Origin: a virus
Length of the DNA stretch: 64,000 nucleotides
IMG/VR virus record: IMGVR_UViG_3300044991_001407
Coordinates: 1-64,000 of that record
Reading direction: 5' to 3' (one strand)
Part shown: piece after piece, positions 49,543-57,580 of the stretch
Layout of the letters: each line of letters starts with the position of its first letter
Position numbering within the stretch: the first letter of the stretch is position 1
Program-made: the position numbers and the translations under genes
The notes under the pieces: model-generated
The model's database searches: none
What the model saw: only the letters and a program-made list of their open reading frames with translations
Told to the model about the DNA's origin: nothing

Positions 49543-50886
49543 TTACGCTCCTATATCCATAATAATCAAAGCCGCATTTTTTGCGTCTGTCATAACATCT
49601 GAACTGACTGTTGCATTAATCCATGCGCTACCATTCCATTGTAGCACTTGACCCGAACTTGCGCTAGTGATTGTTACATCACCAACATCATCAAGGGCGT
49701 TGATAGTTGGGATTGTTGCATTTACCCAAGCTGAACCATCCCACTTCAAAAATTGTCCTGTAGAAATAGTTGTGATAGTTACATCGCCAATGTCGTCAAG
49801 GGCGTTAATAGTTGGGATTGAAGCCCATTCAAGACCCGTTGTTGCAGATGAATTTGCTTTTAGAAAATAACCATTAGTTCCAACTGCCAATCTATTTAGA
49901 GTATTATCAGCTGTTCCTACGAGCAAATCACCTTTTGCATTAATAATTGACAAAAGGCTATTTATTGCTAATGCACCAACTTCAACCCAAACTGAGTCGT
50001 AGTAAACATAGGTACCGCCATCTGATGAGTCATACCAGAATTGACCAGGAATTGGGTTAGAAGGAGCAGTATCTCCTACATAGGCAGCTGTACCGCTTGC
50101 TCCAATTTCAATCCAATGAGAATCATAATAAACATAAGTAGCGGCAGTATCTGACTCAAACCAAACTTGACCAGCAACTGGGCTTGTTGGAGCAGTGTCA
50201 GAGATTGTTGCACCACCAGCCCCTAGGTCTGTGTAGTTTGTTCCATCATTTGTGAACTGCCATTTATCTGTGGATTCATCCCAGCGAATAAAGACATTCG
50301 TAGAAGTGCCTCGTTCAATCTCAATACCCGAATTTAATGTCGGAGAACTAGTCTCGCCAGAATTAAGAAGGATAAAACTATCTTCAACATTAAGATTAGC
50401 GGTATTTATAGTTGTTGTATTTCCACTAACAGTTAGATCACCAGTAACGATAAGATTATTAGGTATAGTAACATTGGCTGGCAAGCTTATCGTAACAGCT
50501 GCGCTTTCAGAACCCGAACCAGATACGGTTATTTCATTTGCAGTTCCAGCAATCGTAGCAACATAGTTGCCTGTTGTGTCTGATCCTAGAGCGATAGAGC
50601 CAGATATAGCAAGCGTACCGCTTGCATCGGGGAGGCTTACAGTTCTATCAGCGGTTGGGTTTACAACCGTTAAAATTGTTTCAAAATCATCAGCTGTGCT
50701 ACCTTCAAAATAAATTACATGGGGTTCTGGAAGATAGATGCCATGAATAACTGGAGTTTGACCAGTTGCAGTAATGGTTGGTCCATTAATAATCGGGGTC
50801 GTAAGTGTTTTATTAGAAAGCGTTTGAGTGCTATCTAAATCAACAGAGAGTGCATCGTTAATTAAATCTTTATTAAGATTAGGCAT
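49543..50886 (-). CDS. multi-repeat fibre stem/hub protein
   Basis: QTLSNKTL; 2x DTAPxxPxxGQxWxxSxxxxTYVYYDSxW; 2x INALDDxGDVTIT...GQxLxWxGSAW. Confidence 0.7.
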   Translation of the reverse strand: MPNLNKDLINDALSVDLDSTQTLSNKTLTTPIINGPTITATGQTPVIHGIYLPEPHVIYFEGSTADDFETILTVVNPTADRTVSLPDASGTLAISGSIALGSDTTGNYVATIAGTANEITVSGSGSESAAVTISLPANVTIPNNLIVTGDLTVSGNTTTINTANLNVEDSFILLNSGETSSPTLNSGIEIERGTSTNVFIRWDESTDKWQFTNDGTNYTDLGAGGATISDTAPTSPVAGQVWFESDTAATYVYYDSHWIEIGASGTAAYVGDTAPSNPIPGQFWYDSSDGGTYVYYDSVWVEVGALAINSLLSIINAKGDLLVGTADNTLNRLAVGTNGYFLKANSSATTGLEWASIPTINALDDIGDVTITTISTGQFLKWDGSAWVNATIPTINALDDVGDVTITSASSGQVLQWNGSAWINATVSSDVMTDAKNAALIIMDIGA

Positions 50887-51211
50887 ATTCCACACCGCTA
50901 ATTGTAAATGTCACAGCGTTAGCTGTTACTTGATCAACATAGATTTTACTATTAGCAGGTACGACTATGGATGTATTGTAGTACACAACATTGTTTGCCA
51001 AAACATTCACATTACTTATAATTTTATTATTCGCCGCCGCCGTTGCTGCTCCAACAAGAATATGAATGCTGCATACAGCATTAGATGCAGTTGCATTGCA
51101 AAGATTGATGTTTTTGATAATTGAATAATTACCAGCAACATTAGCTGTTGTATAGGCATCAGTAGTAGAACCACTGCCAATATAAAAACTTTTTGGCGTT
51201 AAATTAGCCAT
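50879..51211 (-). CDS. beta-sandwich adaptor-like protein (type D)
   Basis: IIKNINLCN...TFTISGVE. Confidence 0.55.
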   Translation of the reverse strand: MANLTPKSFYIGSGSTTDAYTTANVAGNYSIIKNINLCNATASNAVCSIHILVGAATAAANNKIISNVNVLANNVVYYNTSIVVPANSKIYVDQVTANAVTFTISGVEYA

Positions 51212-51212
51212 A

Positions 51213-51554
51213 TTATACCCCCATCCACATTAATACTTCATTGTCATATGTTGTTGTATTCATATCTTGAATAACAGCGGCATCAAGAACATGGTCAACA
51301 TAAGCGCCAGAAGTATGGGCTACTGCTGTAGTACCATCATAACCTCTCTGCTCAACAGCAAGAGTGTTTGATGACCTTGAAGAAATCAAGATTTTTTCCT
51401 CAGCGGCATAACCACGGTCAATAACAACAACAAATGGATTATTTCCACTAGGGTATGTTGAACCATCTAGGACAGAAATAGATGAAGCTGAGTTTGAAAT
51501 ATTTGCTGTAATAGTTGTTCTAAGGACAGCACCACTAAATTCTCTTCTTAGCAC
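51213..51554 (-). CDS. stand-alone anchor-domain protein
   Basis: RGYDGTTAVAHTSGA domain also present twice in the tail-tip protein. Confidence 0.55.
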   Translation of the reverse strand: MLRREFSGAVLRTTITANISNSASSISVLDGSTYPSGNNPFVVVIDRGYAAEEKILISSRSSNTLAVEQRGYDGTTAVAHTSGAYVDHVLDAAVIQDMNTTTYDNEVLMWMGV

Positions 51555-51563
51555 CTGCCCTCC

Positions 51564-51947
51564 TTAGTCAATACTGATATCAAGATCGCCTGTTGCAATT
51601 CTTAGAGTATCCCCAGCATCCGTTGTTTTATTTGTTGTGAGTGAACCGTACAGCAACATGTTGCCGCTAGTTGAAGCATCAAAAACACCAATTGCTACAG
51701 TGGTAGCGGCTGGCATTCCTGTGAAATCAATATTGGTGTCGTTTGATGTTGCACCACTTGCAGCACCAGTAAATGTCGCTACTTGACGAGCGTATGAACC
51801 ACCAGTAACTTCTGTTCCACCACCAGCTTCACCAGGTGTAACGGTAAACAATCCTACATAAACAGCCGCTGGTTTTGTATAAGTGGTTGTACCAAGAAAG
51901 TGGTCAATCAACTTATTTTCAAGATAGTTTGTAAGATTGCCTGCCAT
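51564..51947 (-). CDS. virion structural protein (NYLENK family)
   Basis: LTNYLENKLIDH...VYVGLFT...EVTGGSYARQ...GNMLLYG. Confidence 0.6.
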   Translation of the reverse strand: MAGNLTNYLENKLIDHFLGTTTYTKPAAVYVGLFTVTPGEAGGGTEVTGGSYARQVATFTGAASGATSNDTNIDFTGMPAATTVAIGVFDASTSGNMLLYGSLTTNKTTDAGDTLRIATGDLDISID

Positions 51948-51950
51948 TAT

Positions 51951-52250
51951 TTAATCCTCCTGATTAGTATAATACAATTCCTTTTCTTCATCACTAGGCA
52001 ATCTAAAATTATCTAATGTAAGAAGCAAGTTGGCTTCTTCTACTGGAAGCAAGCCCATTTTATTTCTTTGTGAAAAACGGAATCCAGATGCAGTTGAATA
52101 CCCAGATCCGCTTTCAAATACAATTAAAACCTTTCCTTCTTCAGAAATGTTTTCTTCAATGATTTCTTTTTTAACCGCAACTTTCTTTGCTACAGCTTTT
52201 TTAGGTTTATTAATTTTTTCGGATGTTACGCTTGTTTCGTTGTTAGTCAT
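51951..52250 (-). CDS. hypothetical protein
   Basis: Own -10 element; follows the capsid terminator. Confidence 0.55.
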   Translation of the reverse strand: MTNNETSVTSEKINKPKKAVAKKVAVKKEIIEENISEEGKVLIVFESGSGYSTASGFRFSQRNKMGLLPVEEANLLLTLDNFRLPSDEEKELYYTNQED

Positions 52251-52298
52251 ATGATCAATCTTACCACTTATGTTAATTTAAATCAATTTAAATATGAT

Positions 52299-52326
52299 AA
52301 AAGGCGGGGTTCTTGTGAACCCCGCC
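52299..52326 (-). terminator. intrinsic terminator after the major capsid gene
   Basis: GGCGGGGTTC-ACAA-GAACCCCGCC followed by TTTT. Confidence 0.8.
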
Positions 52327-52350
52327 CAATACCTACTTTAATTGTTTAAA

Positions 52351-53397
52351 TTAGAGTGAACGCAACTTAACATTCTTACCGATTACATATGAATCAGCAT
52401 TTTCAATGTTGTTTGCAACTCTCATGTACTGTGTGTACTCAATTGTGTCAGTCTTTGGCTTGAACTGGCGATACACTGTGATGTCACGGTGGATACCAAT
52501 TACACGGTTGTTAGGGAATGTAAGTTCCACAAAACCATGACTGCCTGCAGCTGCTGAGTAATCACCAGTTGCGGTTTCTGGCATCAAAGGTACTTCAACA
52601 AGAGGAATACCGAATGGTGAAAGACCAGTTGCACCTGGACCACCATTTGCTCTCATTGAACCTTGCAAGAACGCCATTTCACCAGCTGTTGACATTGGAG
52701 CAGGTGCGCCTGCTGTTGCCTCAGTTGCCGAGTTTGGATTACCCAAGCTATAAATTGAATCCTGAACAAGTCCTGGACCTGTGAAGAATCGCAATTCATT
52801 GCGGCGCTGCAAGTACTTGCTTGGCAAGGTGCGAAGAACTTTGTCAAAGACCGAACGGGAAATGTTATTTCCTCCGAAGTCTACAACATCTCCGCTTGTT
52901 CTTGCAAGCTTATTGAAGCCATCCAAAGCCTTAAGAAGACCGTTGTTTGACGATGTGTTGCCGTTGATAAACAAGTCATCAAGGTCGTTTGCTGTCTGAC
53001 GAGCCATAATCTGTGCGATATGGTCTTCCAGTGAAGCGCCCTCAATGTTGTCTTCCAACGATTCTGTTGAAATATTCCAGTCAAGACGAAGCTTTACAGT
53101 TGAAAGCGATACCTTGCTGAATGTGACAGCTGCGTTTGTGCCATCATCTGTTGCTTCGGTTGCCTTTGCAAGCAAACGAGTGCCGACAGACACCTTGTCA
53201 ATGTCCATCTGTGGAGTACGCATACGAATTACTCGTGCGTTCTTCATCAATACTGACTGATCAACAACGAAGTCAAGGAAGCGGTTAGCTTGCTCTGGGT
53301 AGAGAAGTCCACCACCACCACTGACTGGGCTGCTGTTTGAAACCACCGATGTGGTGACTTCGTTGGCTTTTGCCAAAATTTCTTCTTGTGTTGCCAT
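52351..53397 (-). CDS. major capsid protein (HK97 fold)
   Basis: GGGLLYPEQANRFLD, ISTESLEDNIEG, DDLFINGN; downstream of protease/scaffold; strong SD. Confidence 0.9.
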   Translation of the reverse strand: MATQEEILAKANEVTTSVVSNSSPVSGGGGLLYPEQANRFLDFVVDQSVLMKNARVIRMRTPQMDIDKVSVGTRLLAKATEATDDGTNAAVTFSKVSLSTVKLRLDWNISTESLEDNIEGASLEDHIAQIMARQTANDLDDLFINGNTSSNNGLLKALDGFNKLARTSGDVVDFGGNNISRSVFDKVLRTLPSKYLQRRNELRFFTGPGLVQDSIYSLGNPNSATEATAGAPAPMSTAGEMAFLQGSMRANGGPGATGLSPFGIPLVEVPLMPETATGDYSAAAGSHGFVELTFPNNRVIGIHRDITVYRQFKPKTDTIEYTQYMRVANNIENADSYVIGKNVKLRSL

Positions 53398-53417
53398 AGT
53401 AGTTATTCCTCCTTACC

Positions 53418-55241
53418 TTATGACCTATAACCTAGGGAGCTAATTAACTCCTGTGGCAAATATGTATTCTTCCAGAATGAAGTAGGTGCAGACTTGGCAA
53501 TTGCCTCTTCTGCTACTTCTTCATCATCTTCTGGATCTACGCTCTTTTTAACAGCTCCAGCTGAAGCAAATGCCTCAACCTTTTCTGTTTGCTCAGCGAG
53601 AGCCAACTCTGCTGTTTCCAGCTTTTGTTGAAGTTCAGTACTCTGAACTTCAAAACCCTTAGCAACTGCTTCAATTTTTTCCTGAACAGAGGCTTCAACT
53701 TCTTCCTTGATTGAAGTAGCAAAACTAGCCAGTTTTTCATCAACAACAGCACTCAGAGCATCTTTAAGAACATTAATGTCCATTTCTTCCTCCTGTGTGT
53801 CTCCACTTACTTCAACGGAAGTTGAAGTTGTTTCTTCTGCGACATCTGGAACAAGCCATCCAATAAACTTTTTCAATAGACTAAGTTTACTAATTTCTTG
53901 TTCATTCATGTCAGAGATCTTATCATAAGTATTATTTAATTGCAATTCAGAGTCTTGCTGAATAATAGAATCCATTTTCTCAATCATCTCCTTAATTGTA
54001 CCAAAAAGTTCATCGTCTTGTGAGAACATTTCGCTTTTTGTTGTCTTTTCAGTAGGGTTATTTGGAACACAGTTTGGAACCATGCTTCCATCCTTACCCT
54101 TCTTTTCACCTTCTTGGTGATAACCTTCCCCACAGGAAAGGTCTTCTTTCTTAACTTTCTTTTTTGGCTTAAACTTCGGAGAGCCAGATGGAAAAGGAGG
54201 AACAGTTGGTGATATGATACCATTTCTTGCTGGATACTTAGACTCTGCATTTTCTGTTGTTACAGATGCATCTTTCTCAACATCTTCACAAGAATTGCAA
54301 CCACAATCACAACCCTGATCTTTTATTAATTCCAAAACGACATCCAACAATTCTTCGTCAAAATCATTTTCTAAGAAACCTTTTTTCTTTGAGTTCGCAT
54401 AACGCTCAAGCATTCTGCGACCTTTTGCAGCAAGCTTTGCTGCATCAGCCATGTCTTGCGGCACTGGCTCACCCCACGCTGCTGCTGAGAGCGCAAGCCG
54501 TGTTGGCTCACCATTTGGCTTCTTCATTGGTCCAGATGGATTGGTAAAAAATCTAGTTAGGAATGAACCCTTGCGGCGCATTTTTTCTGGGGTATTAGCA
54601 GCACCACGAACACCTGGCTTCAGGTTAGCACCTTCAGTTTCTTTAAAATGTCTTCTTCCAGCGGCAGTAAGACCACCCTTTGGATCTTTAAGAGGTTGTT
54701 TTGCTTTTGCTAATTGGCAATCAAGGTCACAATCAAGAGCATACTTAAGCAAACCCTCATCATTCATTTTAATAATATCAATAATAGCTAAAGCATTTGC
54801 TGGGTTATCTACAAGGCTAAGCTCGCCAAGAACATACTTCTTAATAATATTTACTGGTTTACCACGAAAAAATTTATCTGCCGATGCAGATTTCTCAATT
54901 ACTTTACCACCAATTGAAAAAGAACGAAGTGTTCCATCAAGAACTTTTTGCCAAGTATCCTCGGCACCTTTTGAGATGTAAGCTTCTACTTTAACAGCAT
55001 TGTATGATGTTCCGTCAGCGCCAGTAATAACAACTGGTTCATAACTGACAGCTTTGCCTACGGCAATAGGGGCATGCATCTCTCTAATATTCCCACCCCA
55101 GTTTGCAAAAGCTTCCTTGGATGCCTCAAAGTCAACAATATCACCAGCTTTATCAATATTGTCTGCAGTGGCAATACCTACCACAATTCTTTGTTCCCGC
55201 TTAATCATATCAATTGGGAATGAAATATTAAAATCCGACAT
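53418..55241 (-). CDS. prohead protease fused to cargo micro-domains and C-terminal scaffold
   Basis: DKAGD, IREMH, FSIGG, ELSLVDNPAN; acidic coiled-coil C-terminus. Confidence 0.85.
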   Translation of the reverse strand: MSDFNISFPIDMIKREQRIVVGIATADNIDKAGDIVDFEASKEAFANWGGNIREMHAPIAVGKAVSYEPVVITGADGTSYNAVKVEAYISKGAEDTWQKVLDGTLRSFSIGGKVIEKSASADKFFRGKPVNIIKKYVLGELSLVDNPANALAIIDIIKMNDEGLLKYALDCDLDCQLAKAKQPLKDPKGGLTAAGRRHFKETEGANLKPGVRGAANTPEKMRRKGSFLTRFFTNPSGPMKKPNGEPTRLALSAAAWGEPVPQDMADAAKLAAKGRRMLERYANSKKKGFLENDFDEELLDVVLELIKDQGCDCGCNSCEDVEKDASVTTENAESKYPARNGIISPTVPPFPSGSPKFKPKKKVKKEDLSCGEGYHQEGEKKGKDGSMVPNCVPNNPTEKTTKSEMFSQDDELFGTIKEMIEKMDSIIQQDSELQLNNTYDKISDMNEQEISKLSLLKKFIGWLVPDVAEETTSTSVEVSGDTQEEEMDINVLKDALSAVVDEKLASFATSIKEEVEASVQEKIEAVAKGFEVQSTELQQKLETAELALAEQTEKVEAFASAGAVKKSVDPEDDEEVAEEAIAKSAPTSFWKNTYLPQELISSLGYRS

Positions 55242-55290
55242 TTAGCCCTCGTAGCCTACCAGCATATATTGTTTTTAACAATATTGCAAA

Positions 55291-55542
55291 TCAGCCTAGT
55301 GCAAAAACTGCTACAGCAGAAGAGGCGGTGACTACCTCAATGGTTGTATAATCGCCATCAATTTCTATGTATTCCGTAGACTCTGCTGGAAGAAGGATTG
55401 TGTATTGTCCATTAAGCTTAATGTCAACATCACTAGCACCTTTATTATAAACATACAGCTCACTTGTGTGTTGTCCAATATTTACAACACCATCAGCTGT
55501 CACTAAATTCTTATTTGAATATACCAAACTACTTTCACTCAT
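55291..55542 (-). CDS. small beta-rich structural protein
   Basis: Coupled to the portal end. Confidence 0.5.
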   Translation of the reverse strand: MSESSLVYSNKNLVTADGVVNIGQHTSELYVYNKGASDVDIKLNGQYTILLPAESTEYIEIDGDYTTIEVVTASSAVAVFALG

Positions 55543-57193
55543 CGTATTCTCCTTGAATAAATTTACTGGTTGAATCGTTGTTCACTCCAGAATCTTGATT
55601 TTGACCACGCTCTGCTTGAGCTCCATCTGCTACTGGATCACTTGTTGCTCCATCACCAGTTGGTGACTTGGGGGGATTGGCAGCAGAATTATTATCATTT
55701 CCTGGAGGTGCGCCAGGACCAGGATTACCAGCAGCATTTTGTTCTTTTTTAACATTTGTTGGGAAAGGCAAAACGCTATCTCCGTCATATCTTTCTGGCA
55801 AACCAATTTGACCTCTAACCTCGTTAGGGGTGATGACCTCTGTGCGTAGATATCTATCATTAATTCTTGATTGAATATCTTCATCAACAAGATCAATCTT
55901 CTTCAGCCGAATTGCCATCAGGTCAGTAAACTCGGCAATAAGTCTGTTTAGTTTCTTTTCAATAATTGATTGATCTGGACCAATCACCTGCATCTTAAAA
56001 CTCTTGTCAGCATCTCTTGATACAGCCAGGTTGGCATTGTCATAAACACCAACTTTTGGTGCAGGAACCCTATTTGCAACAAGAATTTCATCACGATTTG
56101 ATTTACGATATTTATCAAAAGAAGAATCTTGAATTCCAGCTTCAAGTTTTTCAAATTTAATATCAGTGTCTGTTCCAAGACTTGCAGGAATTGGAATAAC
56201 TAGCGTACCGTGATTGCGACCCTTAACTTCGTTTCTAAAATAATTAATCAACTCCTGCTTTGACTTATTGCTAAGTTTTGCACCTTTAATAAGAATTGCA
56301 TAACGGGGGATTGCTTTATTTTCAAAATAATCAATATTATATTCTTTTGCAAACTTATCACCAACAATTGCTGCAGCAGCAGAAACTGCTGATGGAATTC
56401 CATAGTATGTATTATTTGGTGAGTAGATTTTGAAATGAATCAGCTCGTTTGGCTTTGGATCATTATTAATTGGATCGGGAGTTTCTTTATCTTGAAACTG
56501 CCTAAAAAATACTGCTTGAATTTTATTTGTTTTTGCAATCTGAACATAACCATCACGCTTCCTGCGAACACGAACAAGTGTTGCTGGAACATGACCAATG
56601 TAACCAATCTGACCAGAGTTATTACGACCAATTTCAAGATAGCCATTGCCAACAGTTAAGACATCCTGCCATACACGAACCAAGGTTTCAATCAAAGTTT
56701 CTTCAATGTTTAAATTCTCAAATGTTTCATCAAGGTTTTCTTTAAGATCCTGATACTGCTGTCTTAGTCTTGTAATCTTTTCCTCACTTCCGTGAGCTTT
56801 TTCAATTTTTCTTTTAGCCTTAAGTGTCTCTACAAATTCATATCCAAGACCAACCGTGTTCATAACACGAGCATTGATTGCTGCGTAATGAATCGCACTC
56901 TGGTCATACAGACCAGCAAGCGTATCTAGATCATATGGAGGGTTTACAATATCGTAAAGTGAATATCCACTTACAACTTCTGGGTCAACATATTTTGACT
57001 TAGTACCATCTTCTCCTTCATGCTTCTTTTGCAGACGCATTGCTTTGCGTTTCATTTTTGGAGAAAGAGATGAAATTTTTACAAAAGAAAAAGGATCGGT
57101 ATCTTCGGTTTTTGATGTAAACCCCATGTATGAAACATCATCTATTTCAGTTTCAACATAATCATCCTGCACGAGCTCCATCTTCTTATCCAT
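55535..57193 (-). CDS. portal protein
   Basis: GNGYLE, ELIHFK, YYGIP, YFENKAIP, RVPAPKVG, ITPNEVR; GGAG SD before ATG 57193. Confidence 0.9.
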   Translation of the reverse strand: MDKKMELVQDDYVETEIDDVSYMGFTSKTEDTDPFSFVKISSLSPKMKRKAMRLQKKHEGEDGTKSKYVDPEVVSGYSLYDIVNPPYDLDTLAGLYDQSAIHYAAINARVMNTVGLGYEFVETLKAKRKIEKAHGSEEKITRLRQQYQDLKENLDETFENLNIEETLIETLVRVWQDVLTVGNGYLEIGRNNSGQIGYIGHVPATLVRVRRKRDGYVQIAKTNKIQAVFFRQFQDKETPDPINNDPKPNELIHFKIYSPNNTYYGIPSAVSAAAAIVGDKFAKEYNIDYFENKAIPRYAILIKGAKLSNKSKQELINYFRNEVKGRNHGTLVIPIPASLGTDTDIKFEKLEAGIQDSSFDKYRKSNRDEILVANRVPAPKVGVYDNANLAVSRDADKSFKMQVIGPDQSIIEKKLNRLIAEFTDLMAIRLKKIDLVDEDIQSRINDRYLRTEVITPNEVRGQIGLPERYDGDSVLPFPTNVKKEQNAAGNPGPGAPPGNDNNSAANPPKSPTGDGATSDPVADGAQAERGQNQDSGVNNDSTSKFIQGEYDE

Positions 57194-57527
57194 TCTGTCT
57201 CCTATTGTCAAAGTGTTCATCAAACATATCTTCAAACGGGTCAGCTACAAATCCGTTAGCTAACCTCTCTGTTTGATCATCTCTTTCTGCGGCAGAAATT
57301 TTTCTACCTCCAGCAATCCATCTAACATGCCCATCGTCATCGCCAGACCAGTACTTACCAGCATCAAGAACTCTTTTCTCAATGCTTAAATCATACATAA
57401 TACCCTCTGCTGAAAGGACACCATCGCCATCCGACAACGCTTCACCTTCAGCTGTAAAGTATACGCACACCCCATAGGAGCGCTCTGGAACCCAAATATT
57501 TTTATCTTTGATCATATCTGACGACAT
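57186..57527 (-). CDS. hypothetical protein
   Basis: Leaderless-type start; overlaps the portal start. Confidence 0.6.
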   Translation of the reverse strand: MSSDMIKDKNIWVPERSYGVCVYFTAEGEALSDGDGVLSAEGIMYDLSIEKRVLDAGKYWSGDDDGHVRWIAGGRKISAAERDDQTERLANGFVADPFEDMFDEHFDNRRQNG

Positions 57528-57580
57528 AGGTTTAATTATACACTAGTTTTAATCAAAAACAGTACAAGTATGTTCGGATA

